A stretch of 63,864 bases of DNA, the filler included, from Choristocarpus tenellus KU-1152 (Eukaryota; Protista; Phaeophyceae): the NCBI GenBank assembly GCA_964200185.2. It is 14 parts of 14 records of this genome, joined end to end, with 100 filler letters (N's around TTAATTAATTAA, not from the genome) between each part and the next. Parts side by side here need not be neighbours in the genome. Positions count along the whole stretch, not along the records: positions 23,292 to 29,153 come from CAXNAD020009564.1; positions 29,254 to 33,942 come from CAXNAD020013456.1; positions 34,043 to 36,652 come from CAXNAD020026300.1; positions 36,753 to 40,191 come from CAXNAD020020017.1; 10 more parts are not named here. The stretch is one strand, 5' to 3'. The translations under genes and the position numbers were made by a program. This document shows positions 24,426-38,920 of this stretch, piece after piece (the first letter of the stretch is position 1; the number at the start of each line of letters is the position of its first letter). Under the pieces are notes generated by a model, which was not told the origin of the DNA, searched no databases, and saw nothing but the letters and a program-made list of their open reading frames with translations.

Positions 24426-26412
24426 ATGTTCGGGCCGCATGGGTGCGCAGCGGTGATGGCATTGATCTCTCCGGCCTTGTCGTGGGGCCTGATGCCCAGG
24501 TTCCCAGATGTTTTTACGCAGACGCGCCAGCAGCCAAGAGAATGCCAACAGTGCTTGGGGTGAGTGATTGACATCAGTTTACCCAGCATATCCCCATGGC
24601 TTTCCAGGTCGGCGTTGATGGGTGGTCTTTGGATTCTATCTTCTTCCATCAAGGTACCTCCATGTCCTGTTGAGGTTACAGAGGACCCTCTCTGACGCCG
24701 TCCTCATGCCTCCTCAGTCCCATACCCGATGGCGCTTGCACGCTCCGTACCCTTTGCGGAGGCAGCCGTCGTCAACCACCAAAGGCGAACAAATTGAAAT
24801 CTTCCGAGATAGGTACGCCATGGTGGAATACGGGTACGGTAGTTGACGCCCTTAGAGCAACAGCCCAGTCTACAACCCCCAGGGTCGTTGCTGGAATTGG
24901 CACTCTAAATTGCCCCTCATCTACCGGGGAGGGAAAAGCGTGGTTTGGAAACGTATGCCACGGTGGAGCAAAGGGGGGCAATGTAACAATCAGTGACTCA
25001 AGCACAAGTGAAGTTGATTGCGTTGAAAGAGGGACACCTTTTACAGGTTGGACAAGCTTCGGTGGCTCACCACCCCCAGCGCAACGAGGGGAGTTCTTAG
25101 GACATTTAGCCGTCCTGGTAGTCTGGCTGCCAGGGCTGTGGGGACAATACTCTGGGTTGTTGAAGTCATCACCTCTACTAACCAAGGCATTAACTGCTGG
25201 CGTGATTGCTCTACTTGGAGACTTGGTCGCCCAGTGGTTCGAGAATCACCGGTCGAACAGACCTCTTGGGCCTATGGTCAAGGTCAGTTCATTCATTAAA
25301 GGGAGGCAACATTTGCTTTGCGAAGCAGAATTCCAGATAAAACCACTTTCCATAATCTTTCGTGTGTACCACATGGCAATCTGTGTGTGATCTCTTGTCT
25401 TCACCTTTTTGGAAATTTCTCAAATTGCACTTAACCAAATATTGCATGGGGACCACACCTCCCCTAACACAGGATGACAAACGATTATTAGCAGTTGCAG
25501 TTGACAGCATGTTCTTCACTGGTCCTGGACTGCATGCATTATACGGGGTATTGGAAAGGCTTGTACCAACAGCTGGACATGGGGCTGTTCCAGCAGCAGT
25601 GCATGTTCTGGTTGACACATTTATGTTCGACCCTATCTTTGTGGCATCCTTTTTCTGTGTCACAGGATTTGTTGAGGGGCGATCATTTCTTAGAGATATT
25701 CTTCCGAACATGAAAAGGTGAGAGTGAAGATTCATTAGTCGCACAAGACCCTGGCAATTGTAGATTACTTATACGCAGGATTTGTTCATCAATGAACCAG
25801 GGTGTGACTTGTTGAAATAAAGCTCAATGTTATTTTAGTTCATATTATAATATCATGTTGATTTTTAGAAACTGGTGGACCTATCTTGGTTCCTCTATTC
25901 AGTTCAATAGACCTAAGCAGGTAGCTGATCAAGGATGAACACGTAAGTCTCGAAGGACCACAGACAGGCCAGGGACAGATCAGGTTACAATCTGCGGTTG
26001 CCCTTAACCAGTCCTGTTAAAACACACTTTAAGGTACTATTATTAGGTAGGGAATTATAAATTCTCTTTGTACGTAGCATTCATAGAATTTCACAGGGGT
26101 TGATACACAAGCCTGGTCTGACTGAAATCTTCAACCTTTAACTGTTAGTTTTTGGGGGTCAAATCAAATGTACATGGGTTTAACACCCCTCTATCCACCC
26201 TGCACCCACATGATGTCCCAAGCAGGGAGTACTGGAGTGCTGTTCGTGGCACATGGGCCATCTCTCTACTCTTCTGCCCAATCCAGTTTTTTTCCTTCCG
26301 ATACCTGCCTCTGCAATTTCGTGTCATGGTGGTAAACCTATGTGACATTGGTTGGACATCAGTTTTGAGTTTCTTCAGTCACAGGGCAAGGTCAACCACA
26401 ACGTTTAATTAA
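24426..26412 (+). CDS. Mpv17/PMP22 family membrane protein with N-terminal targeting-like extension
   Basis: Exons 24426-24559, 24682-25282, 25473-25717 and 26226-26412 are all in phase. Motifs: YSGLLKSSPLLTKALTAGVIALLGDLVAQ, D.KRL...F.GP.LH..Y..LE, VLVDTFMFDP, W.....PIQFFSFRYLPLQFRVMVVN...IGW. The first exon and first intron are less certain. Confidence 0.9.
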
Positions 26413-29400
26413 CAATCCTTGGAACAGATGCAGGTGGTTGAGTAGGCACCTAAGCTTTTATATTTGCCCAGGGGAAATACATGAGCATCCTGATTAATAT
26501 TATTATAAAAAATTGATGCATTGTGCACATCTTGTTCCTTGTTTTTCCCTCATTGTGTGTCCTATGTCATGCACTCACTCTCTATAAAAAATAATACCAT
26601 TTCAAGAAAAGGGGTTCCTCGATAGCTCAGCATGGCGTGTGACCTTACATTTATAGGAGCTTCCTCTTACTGTTTTTTGTCGAGTCGACAAGGCTGGAAT
26701 GAAAATGCCATGACTTAAAGGAACCTTCTAATGACACAACCTACTCCAACATAAGGGAGTCTTAGACAGCGTATCCTGGTGAACCCTTACGTGAAGGGAA
26801 ATCTCCTACACGCAGTTCCTCCACCTCCCAGAATGGTCAGCGGTATGCAAAATGCTGCCTCCTAGCCCTTCCGACTAATGCTGATTCTGGTACAGGCAGA
26901 AAACTATTCTCGGCCACACTCTATTACAACGATATATCACCTAAATGTTCTTCGCCACAACGAACTCTTCGCCATCACCCCGATTTCCCCTGACTTTCCA
27001 ATGTCGCCTTTCTTTCCTGAGCCTTCTTCCATCTGCTCTCCGTCTCTCGTATCCTCTCCTGCCGGCCCGATTTCCTTTCAGCAAAGGCAGCATTATTCTC
27101 TGCCTGATGCGCGTTCGATCGACTACTAGACTTCATTTTGCTTTTGACACCTCCCATTTCTATCGCCTGTAATCGATCGTATTGCAAGCCGCCAACTTGC
27201 ACGTCGTACAGGCACTCGCTACGTTGGGGTCTTGTGTGTCAATAAGGTAGGGCAAGTGTGAAGGGACTCGATCCTGAGAGAGAAGTTAGACCAAGGCACA
27301 CCCAAAGGACTGGTTCTCACTCCGCAAGACTGGTTAAACACACCTCAATTTGTGATGGAACCTTTATCACCCTTGCTTCAGTGAGGAGTGAAGGTTTTGT
27401 AAGTTGTGAAGTGAACGTATTACTTCATTTCCAGTTTGGAAAGAGGAGATGAACTCTTCTTCAAATATTCTATCCGACCTTTCTATCCGCGATTTTTTGA
27501 CACGCGGAGTAGTTGGCATGTAACAGTTTGATTTCTTCGTTCCAATCAGGTCACGTACCTCAAGTATATAGAAATCACAAAATATTGTTTCCATAAGATG
27601 CCTTGAATGAAGGGGAGTTGCTCTGATTTTGATGTGTGTGACGAAACAGACAAAACACAGTTAGGGTGGAGAGCAAAAAAATGGGGAACGTTAGGTGATT
27701 TATCGAAAGGAACGTTTCCTCTCCCCCTCGAATGAAACAGCACTACTAGCAGTCTGTTTCAGAGGATGTAAACTACGCCGTAAGGAAATATGTAGTATAG
27801 GCAAGTAGCGGAAGACAAGAAGTTCTTCTCTATAAGACACTGTTGCGAAGATAGATGATGTAACCACTTTATTAACATTCTTGTTCTTTCACTATCTCAG
27901 AGAGTAGAGAGGACTTCAGAGGGACTTATCCTGACAACAAAGTTGAAGTCAACGAAGACTGAATAGACTCTTTGGAGAAGAAACTACTCAGTGTATGTGA
28001 ACCCAATGGAAGCACCCAGCATACCTAATGAGGATAAAAAGTCCTTCATCCGTTTCTGCCTGCGTCCACGGTGGTTTGTGGACTTGCAGTTGCTGAGTTC
28101 GCACGTTCATTGATTCAACTTGTAACAGTTTCCCCGTGCTGAAATAGTGAAGACGCTGTTCGATAACAAACTACCGATGAAATCAGCTCACTAGCCAACC
28201 TTTTCTATATCTCAAACAAATTTGCATATTATCTATGTTGAGCTTTTAAGGGCTGCTATTTTCCCGTTCAATCACTGTATTCCTAGTCACACCCCTGCCA
28301 TAACGACAGTTGGTCTATCAAAGAGACCAGGCTCATGCCCGTCGTAATTCTGCTCCTCAGTATCATCAACATTCATTCTATATTCCCAGTAAGTGTGGCC
28401 ACCGATTTCGTGGTGGAATAATCACATTTGCCAAGCTTGGCCAAGGCTGCAGTAAAGAAGTGCCTGCAAGGCAACCCAAGACAAAATTTCTGACCTGCTA
28501 GCAGGAGCAAATAACGTGATCACCATCCCACCCAAGACACGACGATATGCCCAGAATTGGTGAGGTTCAAGAGTACGTTCACAACTGCAGTATAGGGGTA
28601 CATCCTCGGTAAGGCCAGGAGATGGTATAACGGATGTGATGGCATACATAAAAGTACCAACCTTGTGGGAGTCACGGTTAACTTATCTTGGAGGTTCACA
28701 TCACACATCTGCAAATTCATCTTGGCCTACTAAGGTCAACACATAGAGGAAGCAGTATCACCCTATGCCAGACTTGCACTTATCTTTGCTTTGGCTTTAT
28801 CCTGTAAACAGCAAGAAGTGGTCATGGAGATAATAGTCTTGTGAGTTAGTGCAGGATGGTTTATGTTAAAGGAAGAATCATCCATGTAACTATAGACCAG
28901 GAATCCTCAACAAATTCAATATCTAACCCTACAAACAAGGGATATCGGACCACTGTGATAATTAGAGCTTGGTTGGATCTCTATATAGGCCTTCACTGTC
29001 AGCTCTTTTCAGAAGACTCTCATTTATATGCTGCAAATTGTGTCCTCTGTCCTCTATGAACGGAGCTGAGTCCGCAACAGTAGAAGCTGTTAAAGTATCC
29101 CCAAAATCATCAAAGAACATAAAGGTGATAAACCTGGCGAGATTGCTTGGTGTNNNNNNNNNNNNNNNNNNNNNNNNNNNNNNNNNNNNNNNNNNNNTTA
29201 ATTAATTAANNNNNNNNNNNNNNNNNNNNNNNNNNNNNNNNNNNNNNNNNNNNACAATACTTCAACAACTCAATGTTTCTCCCACAGAATCATATTTTAC
29301 ACATGAATAAAAAGCATATTCTTAACAGGGAGATATGAAAGTGAAGAGTTACAGTGGAGTAGTGATGACACAAACGAGTGAGTGTAAGGAAGGCAGAGAT

Positions 29401-29823
29401 GTAGCCTCTTGCCTGTTTGGCTCAATCAGCAAGAAGTGCTTTCTAAATGGTGTGTTACTGTTATATGCAACAGAATATTGCAGTGTCCTATCCTCTTTAT
29501 ATTTTTCTCCGGCAGGACAAAAAAAAAAAATCATTTAAATCAAAAGAACTAAAAAACGCCAATCTTCAAAACATATCCGTGCAAGCAAAGAGAGATCTCC
29601 GACACAATTCCAAGAACTACATAAAGATAACACAATAAACCAACACATTACAGATAAAGCTCCACAACAACATGCTTGGCACAGAATACAAATAGACCTA
29701 CAGGTACCAACCACACTAAGCACAGAAAAACGTCGAACAGAGGAACATTTACCCCCGAGCCCCCCTCAAAAAAACTTACAACAACAAAAAATCAAAATAC
29801 CACTTTTTCTTTCGAATACTCAC

Positions 29824-32050
29824 CTCCCCCACAGTGACAATCAACGCCCCATCAGCTGCAGCTGTCACCGAAGTCACGCCCCCTTCATGCCCAACCATAT
29901 CTGACAACATGCAACCGTTCCTAGTGTCCACAGCGGTCAAGCCTCTATCCCCACCCATCACAACCACCGATGACGAGCTCCCCACCCCCACATGCACCGC
30001 TGCGAGTCCTGTAACCTGCCCAACAGCAGCAATGAAGGGAACCTCCCCCCCTGCCCAGCCTACACTATCCCCGGCCAAGCCCACGCTCTTGCAACCAACT
30101 ACCATTCCAGCAGTCCAGGAAGAGGAGCAGCGACCATTAGAGCCCCCTGCGGGTCCAATAAGGGTCAGTGCAGTGGGAAGTGGCCACCGGTAAAGGATGC
30201 CTCCAGCCACTGTGAGCAGAATAGGTTCTCCCTTTGTACTGGGTACCACAGCTGTGCAGGTCACAGGGGGTGCAACCGTATGAGACAGCAGGACCTTAAA
30301 AGTGTGACAGGAGTACACCTGCCAGAGACACAGTTTTTTTGTTTTATACAAGGGAGAAGAAGGACAGGGTGTTTACTTCAGTTTTTTGGGAGAGGGAGGG
30401 CAGGGGACTGGGCGACCAGGGCCCAGAAAGATTTGCTGTCCAAGGGGGGTACAGTAATTGTCGTGCAATTTGGTGCCCTACTCACTTGTCTTACCTTGAG
30501 GTACTTCTAAACCCAAAGGTTGCTGTAATTGACACTTGACAGCACTTTCGCGCTTGAGGATGAGTCATAGGGATTAGAGAGGTATGCGTAAGAGAGAACA
30601 CACCGGGCCAAGAGGCTGTACAGTGGAGAGTATCGTGGTTTGCTTCAGCAAATCACCACGCAAACAATCCTCCATAATAAACTCTCCAGACAACTTTTCC
30701 AAACCTCTTCAAGTGTGCCCTTAAGATAGATATTTGTAGAGGGAGAGAGAGAGCCCTCTAGGGCAAACCCGAAGAGGTCATTATCAGTCGAGCAACCTCT
30801 ACTGTCAAGTGCCCTGTATTGTCAAGTACCTTGTACCAGCATCAAACACCCATCCTCTGCTTACCCGAACAGTACCGTCAGCATGTCCAAGTACCACTGC
30901 ACGTCCTCCATTCAAGAAGGACTTGGATGTCACCTTACAGCAAACATTCGTAAAGTTCTGGGCAGTGGAAACAGACAGGGCAGGGGGGAGATCAAACAGG
31001 AACAAGAACTCCACAAACTGATGCATCCCAAAAAATCGATAGGTGTTGAAACCTGAGATGTGGTCGTATGGATGCTACCACATACCAATGAATGCAAAAA
31101 CTAAAAATGCCTCTCTGAGTCGAGTGTAAAGTACATCATGAAATCACACACACACACATATACACATACACGCGCGCGCGCGCGCGCCTCTCCAACCACT
31201 CCCACCAAAAAAAACATGGGGGAGGGCGAGGAGAAGGGCATGTGGAGAAAGAATGGTGATAATACTTCTAAACGGGCGCAAGAATTTGGATAGAAAAATT
31301 AAGTGTATTGCTATTGTACAAGAGTATTGCTAATTAGAACTGTCTTTTCATAGTCTCCCCCAAAGCAGCAAATTCACACATATGAACGGTATCAATTTCT
31401 TGAGGTACATGATGTGGGATTGCTCTTCATGTTGAACCCCTGAATTTGACATCAGGAAGTACCAGAGCAGACCAGTATTATATACTTACTACACATAAAC
31501 TTCTTCCCCGAAGCCTATTCAGGAGTCTGTGAACACAAAATAACCACCACATACAGACCAAACTAACACAAACTAGGTATGCATACACTTCCCACTTTTG
31601 TAAGGAGTTTTCTTGGGCAACTATGTAAGACATGACCTGAACAACAATACTACCACTGTCTCCAAGAAATGCACATACATTATATTCAAATAGTTCTCAA
31701 GCAATCACTATCAAAGGCAAGAGTTACACAGAGCTGGAGGGGTATGGGGGGCAGCAAGAGGTGAAGGAAATTGCAGCACCAAGTAGGTCATTATAAACGT
31801 ATTTTGAAGCAGTTAAAGCACATCGCTAGTACTCAAGCTTTTTTAAACAAAAACTTTTATTAATACCACCTCATCCCTACTTTCCCAATATACATCACCA
31901 TCCATGTAAAACAAAAAAGAAAGTAGAAGGTGCAGGGGGGGGGGGGGGGGGGGGGGAGTGGACATGGAAAGCGGGGGGGCGGCCCGCCCCCCCCACCCGC
32001 TGAGGGCGCCGCCCCTATCGNNNNNNNNNNAGAAAAAAAAAAGGAGAAGG

Positions 32051-32097
<47 letters not shown>

Positions 32098-33090
32098 GAA
32101 CCTTCAGAAGGCCCGGGGCAGGCCTCACAGCCCACAGACTGGCAATGCACCTGCTGGCATCACGAATGAGGAGGTACTCTCCCGTTGCACAAAACACCAC
32201 TTCATCCAACTAAGTGAAGTTTGATTCATATTGAAGGTACCAAGGTACCACAAGAGCACAAGAGCAGTCAGAGAGGTAGTATGCACAGGAGAAAAATAAA
32301 AAGATACAATAAAAATGTTTTAATTGTAATTGTTACGACAATGACAATGATGATAGTAATAATATTAATAATAATAATCGTGAACAGCTGAGGTGCAAGC
32401 CACGAAGGACAGGAAACTCACACGAGGAAAGCAACTGGAAGATTTAGTCAAGAGGGTAATAATCAATATATCGTGAAAAGCACACGGAATCTGCTTCAAA
32501 AGATCAAGGTTGAATTGTTCAAGTTTGGGGAGGGGAACAAAGGTACTCTTCAACAACTTAAGCAGAATATATGCAAACCAGGTATACACGCACACACACC
32601 CCAATTGCATGGTTCTTCCCTGTAAATCTACTCTCACCACATCGGTACAAAAAAGCACGCACACATACAGCAAACCCTATACTTTTCAATGTATTTTTTA
32701 CTCTTTAGTTTCACACATCAGAGCAAACATTTCAAACTCATACACAGAGATACATTTCGAGATCATCACAATTGTCATATTTTACATCCACTCAAGCATC
32801 TTTTTGCTTCTCTCCTGCTGTCGATTCGAAAGGCTTGAGATACAATCTCTCTCCAACCTCCCCCCCAAAATCAACTCCAATTTCATCTTTTTTTTTTCTC
32901 TTTTTTTTCTACGGCCCTTACCTCTGAGCCCCCACAGTCCATTCGAAAAAGCTCCAGATCACGCCCAGGTTTCCGTAAAACCTGCAACGTGTTGTTCCCT
33001 CCCTTCCCCCATGCTCTGACCTGCAAAAGATCACTTGGACCAAGCACAGCAAATAGCCCTCCTGCTCCAGATGGAGCATCCACTATCGAA
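29824..33090 (-). CDS. WD40-repeat protein (internal exons)
   Basis: Exon ~30260-29824 contains DMVGHEGGVTSVTAAADGALIVTVGE|gtgagt. Exon ~30960-30865 contains FLNGGRAVVLGHADGTVR|gtaagc. Candidate exons ~32210-32150 (EVVFCATGEYLLI) and ~33090-33020. Boundaries are approximate. Confidence 0.7.
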
Positions 33091-34042
33091 TGACCACTTC
33101 ATGCGAAGGTAGGGGGGGGGCAGGGGAAGCAGGTATAGTTGGAACTGGTCCTGTTGTGCTTAGGATTGGAATGGTTCATTCATACTGTGGCAAGGTATAT
33201 CTGGATTTCAGTAACTGTAACTGGACTAAAAAAACAGTTACGAGCTAGGTTCTGTGATTGGTCTAGTGACTGAGACATTCACTTTCAAGGATACATGGGT
33301 CTAATGAGTGTCAAACCCCTGAAATGTTGGAAATTTTTCAAGATTTAGAAAAGAAAGAGGAAAGTGAGTAAGAGGTGTTAATTGAAGACCCTCACCCTAA
33401 CCATAACCCTACATGGACACAATAGGTCTTGATTGACGGTGAAACCATCTAAGAAAGGGATCGATTTGACCCTTCTGAGTTGTAAGGTTGTTTTGAACCT
33501 TGTGCAATATATATATATATATATATCTACACCACGCCCACGCCAAAAACATGGCAAAAACCTCCCTTAGGAGAGGGCGACTGTGAACAAATATTAGCCA
33601 AGACGTTAGCCAAGAGTGCCCTCCACAGTAATCAACACATGTATTATATCACAGGACAGTCATGGAGGCCCAAAAAAATCAGCAACAACCTCTTAGATGT
33701 GGTAGCATCACTCTGAGCCCAAAAGAATCAAATGATTAGAATCTCATTTTTCACAATTGTGTTTTATAATTTATTTGTAATGGGAAAAAAGTTACTGGAA
33801 AATCATCACTAACAAGGTTGAAACGTTTGGAGCTGTGAAAGGCTGAGCCAAAGGTCAAGCCTAGGATCAGCACAAGCTGGAGTAAAGAGTAAGGACATAA
33901 ATTGAGCCCCCCACCCCCCCCCCCCCCCCAAACACACAAAAANNNNNNNNNNNNNNNNNNNNNNNNNNNNNNNNNNNNNNNNNNNNTTAATTAATTAANN
34001 NNNNNNNNNNNNNNNNNNNNNNNNNNNNNNNNNNNNNNNNNN

Positions 34043-35260
34043 CAGTGCGGCACGCCCTCGTGATGGTCCCTGATGAGCATAGACTGCCACGACATGTTGG
34101 GCCAGCCCTCGGAGCGGAGTTTGGAGCGTCCGAGCGTTACATGCGAGGGCTCTGGGAGGACGTCACCGATCAGCTCGCCCGTGGCCACACGCTTGACCTA
34201 GGGGTGGGCGGCACGTAGTGGACGGCCTTCGGAGCTCACACTGACCAAATGGTCACAATACATAGTATCAACTCCGATAATCTGTCATCCACAGTGCGTT
34301 AGGTGACAGTGAAGATGGCCGCCAAGGGGCTGAATTATAGCACAAGCACCATAAACAGGTGGTTGGATGATATAGGGGCCATGCCAAATCGCCGCTGGAT
34401 CAAACTCAAGCTTAAATCGTAGCAAAAGGTATGGAGAATGAACTTTGTTTGCGATCGAGTGGGCCGAAAACGTGGTGTATACGCCTCTATGGCAAACACG
34501 ATCCATGTGAATGAAGCCTGGTTTTATGTGATGGCTGATGGAGAAAGGGTTAGACTATTTCCGCATGAAGACGATACCAACCTTCCAGAGTCCCCTACTG
34601 TGCAGCAAAAGAGTCATATCCCCAAAACCATGATCATTGCAGCCAACGCCCGCCCAGATTCGACTTGCAGCTTTGATGGAAAGCTTGGTGTTTGATGTAT
34701 GTGTGTGCGCCAAAAACTACAGATAGGACAAACAAGAACCATAAAAAGGGAGATGTGTATGAACAGGATTGTACTATAGACCATTTGTGGTACAGTAAGT
34801 GGTACATGGAGGATTTACTGCCTGCAATCAAGACCAAGATGTCTTGGTTGCAGGGGAAGCACGTTATCGTTCAGCAAGACGGTGCTACCCCCCACACGGG
34901 CAAGGGTAACTCAGAAACCTTGTCAGGGGCAGGGAAGGCTGAGGGGCGGTCGATTAGGCTTGTGACACAGCCATCTAACTCCCCCGACCTCAATATCATG
35001 GACCTATACTTCTTCAGGTCTTTGAAATGTAGGGTGATGGGGAAGCGGTTTGGGTCGGTTGAGGAGATGGTGAAAGTCATTAAGAAACAGTATGAGGAGT
35101 ATGATGAAACCACACTTGAGAGGGCTTGGCAGCTCCTTTTTGTGGTGTGCAGTCAAGTACTTAGATGCAAAGGGGGGAATGACTTCAGTGTGGAGCACAC
35201 AGGGGTAAGGAAGAGGCAGTAGTGTGGTAAGCTTGGAAACACGCTGAAGGTAGACATGAA
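34043..35260 (+). mobile_element. Tc1/mariner (DD39D/plant-mariner-related) transposase pseudogene
   Basis: IHVNEAWFY (first Asp mutated to Asn), KSHIPKTM, FDGKLG, VQQDGATPH, QPSNSPDLNIMDLYFFRSL, GGNDF. Contains stops and frameshifts (e.g. ~34693). Closely similar to 60540-61130. Confidence 0.93.
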
Positions 35261-36446
35261 GACTCTCCACATTTCTGTATACACACTACCAGTCAACTGC
35301 TAACAAGTATTTTGTTAGACAGGCTTGGCCTATGCCTGATATGGAATCACATGCTGATTATGTGGAGGATGCAAATTTACCATATTTTGTGGTATTCAGA
35401 GACCATATAGGCAGACTCGAGTTGCTGAAGCTGGTATATTGACAAGAATATATTACATACGTCGGATGGATAATGTAAAGGCACTTTTCCTGATATTGAC
35501 CCTGATCTTGACCTAAATGGACACCCTGGTGTAGACCCCCCCTCTGCCCCCACAGATACTTTGGTCCCATAGCCCCACTCGTTCACTTCCTCAAGATTGC
35601 AAATTTCCCTCAAAATACCCGAACTTCTTGGGCGAACAAGCATCGTCCAAGCACGCCACCAAACCTGCAAACAGCAGCCTCCATTTGCTGTTATTCACAT
35701 GTATATGTATGAATTAGTGTATGGTAGTTGCTTCGATTTTTTTCCACACAATTATTAGTTATCAATAGAAGTACTTTGTAGTGCCTCCCTCAATGATAAG
35801 ATGTGTGGTCCGTGTATGTTCACCTTCGAAACCCGATACAGCACTGAAGCAATTTGCAGTGAATGGTGGATACGGACCTGGTTGATTGCAGTGGTTCTTC
35901 ATTAATGTGTACATTGTGAAGCTATAATGCAGCAGAACCTCGGAAACTTCAGCCTTGGGCATCTGCAGAAGACAGATCTTCATCTCTTTATGGTACACCA
36001 ACTACCCGAGTTATCGTGAAGTCTTCAATGTGCTTCGTAAAGTGCCGCCATGTTCACTCGTTGGATACCCCCTGGTGGTGGATTTTTGTGGCAATATCAA
36101 AATCATTACTGATCAATGAGTATCCGATATTAGCAAACTGCTATTCTTTTCAGACTGTATCTTTGCCCTGCAAGGTTCCTCAATATCGATTTACTAATAT
36201 TGATTGTAAGTCTACTGCCTCCTGGCAGACTACGAGACAAAAAACATGGTCTCTGTCGTGTCGGTCAAAATTCCTTGCACAGAAAAATATCGAAGAGGCT
36301 TACAACATACGCACTAATTACACTGTAGTGGGTGAGCTTTTTCAAGGCATGCTCAAGTAAGGCATGTAATCTTAGTTCATCTTACTATCTGTCATTATCA
36401 ATTGAGTGTCATACCGCATGTTTCAGGAAATATTGGGCAGACATAG

Positions 36447-36652
36447 GAGTGAAAGTATCTTAGAGGGTACGAGTTTTGCCCTGTTTGTCCATTTGGGGTT
36501 TGGCTTCCCTCGAGGTTTTTTATGACATTTTCCTACTCCAAAATATTCCAGAGTAGGTAAAATGTATACATTACGAAAAGGTATGTCCGGAATAAGGATA
36601 TTGACACCTCCTAACAAACACGATAGCCAAAATTACATCAAAATCGCAACAT
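36447..36652 (+). mobile_element. MITE family A (truncated by spacer)
   Basis: GAGTGAAAGTATCTTAGAGGGTAC plus family A body. Confidence 0.88.
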
Positions 36653-38920
36653 NNNNNNNNNNNNNNNNNNNNNNNNNNNNNNNNNNNNNNNNNNNNTTAA
36701 TTAATTAANNNNNNNNNNNNNNNNNNNNNNNNNNNNNNNNNNNNNNNNNNNNATTACTCCATACATATTTTACCGTAACTGTCCGATAGAGTTGCAAGAG
36801 TCTAATCAAACAAGATCAAATGCCATCGATTGGAGCAAAGAAATTCGGTCGCAAATTACTTTGTGTGGAGTTAGTAAATGCCGAAAGGTTCGATTGAATT
36901 GCCGAAAAAAGGAAAATCGCTGAAAATCATACATATATTTTTTGCGATCAGATTTCTTTGTGCTAATCGACTGCTTATAATCTCAGCTTTAATTTGATGT
37001 GCTGATCACCGATCAGGGCGCCTTGCCTCACCTCGAAATTGATCAAGATCTTTGATGCTATCATAAAGGTAAGAGTTAACAATATACTGTGCGATGCTTT
37101 CGGAGCTTGACCTTCGCACGCAGCTCGCTATAACATAGATTGTCCACTTAGACCTCTGCATAATGGCTGTGGAAGCCCCTCTGTTGAAGGGCATGCTGGA
37201 TATCTTGGTGCGGTCTCTACCTCCAGGCTTCAAGTTCACAGAAGTCGAGGGAAGAGGTTGGGCAGAGCGCACGTGCTGGTGATCGCCATGTGTCGAGAGG
37301 GGGACTCACGCTTGATCGAGTGGACCAGTCAACCACTGCGGAACAAGAAATCAAAGAGGGGTCGCGACTACGACGGAGAGCTTGTATTCTTGGTCAAGCT
37401 CAATGAGGGCTGGCTTGCTGCTGCCTGATGAGCTTTTAGGCATATAACGGTGGAGCTACAATAACAATGAAGAGTTTAGGGTTACACACAGACAGATGAG
37501 ACATGGAGGATCACGACTCTTCTTCTCCCATGAAAAAAATCGTTCTGGGAGATGAGAAACAGTCCTCCAAGGCATATACAGGACGACGGACGGACGGGCG
37601 TTAAATTAACTTGATTTTAGCGAGGAAAATCACTTGATTCTAGTGAGGAAAATCGCCCTCTCGCCCATCGCACCATAACCAACTCCAACCTATCTAATAA
37701 TGTTGATTCAAGAGACTCGACGAAAAGCTCTACTCAGCAGGACAAATTCTGTCCTAGAGGCGACTGCCAACACCATATTAAGTTGACTTTCCATTGACTT
37801 TTCGTCTGACCCATCATCTCTAAAATGTTAGAGGGTATGATAATACATATTTGAAATTTGAACACAAGCGCGTCCATTATCTATTTGTTGTAATTGTTGA
37901 TTGATGTGAAAATGAAATGATGTATTATATATTTCATATATTATATACATATATAGAAGGAAATTACGGAATAGGTTTTTGATTTTCTATTCTAAATATA
38001 CTTGTCAAACAGAATCCACCTATGATCACCACTATAAAACAGAGGGAAACAGAGAGGTTTTCAGACTGGAGGGGACGTGGAATACTCACAGGAGGAAGGG
38101 AATGGAGAGAGACAAGGCAGGAGGAGGGAGTAATCCCTTAGAAGCTACTCACAGAAGAGAGAACAACCAAAAGTTTATTAGGGGGGTTTGACAAGTCCAC
38201 TCAAACCACCTGATAATTAATTCAAATCTTCTCAACGAAAGTCACCTTAAAGGTACACGTTGGTGGGAAGATTGCTATCACACTCACCCCCTCTCAAATA
38301 CGAATAGGAGATTGGAATGTACCATGGGCAGAATAATATATAGAGTACAATTTATGACAGTTGTTACTCTTGTAAAAATCCTAATTATATTGAATTAATT
38401 TCTTCCCTCTCACATCTCCAAAATCTGTAGTAAGGGTAATATATTACAATAATAATGAATAGTTTTCATTGGTTTTTCCACTGACACACACCTGGAAAAA
38501 AAGTCAGATGGAAAATAATAATAAAAGTATATAATAATATATTATTATGTCCCTGTAACATTTTGGTAGAGGAAATATGACGTTCTATATAGTTTGGGAA
38601 TTATTGCAATATATCAATTGTAATCAATATCTTCAAAACATCTATCGTACTAATACATTCAAGTATAAATAAATAGCCAGTGTTTGGAATTTCAACATCA
38701 ATTAATATGATAGATTAAAAAATCAAAAGAATAAATATATCCATGAAAATGTCAGAGAACATAACAATATTGTGAAAATCCATAATAGTACATATAATAA
38801 TATAATATATATATATATGAGGACAATGTATTTGTTTGTGTTTGTTCTACATACTAACTACATCGTGCAACTCCTCCCCCATCAACCACTTTTTTTCTGG
38901 TTGTAGGATCTCTTCTACAG

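Noticed and set aside
28422-28649. PLYCSCER as the start of a PHD finger
   Set aside because: The remaining Cys/His ligands are not found in adjacent frames or plausible exons.
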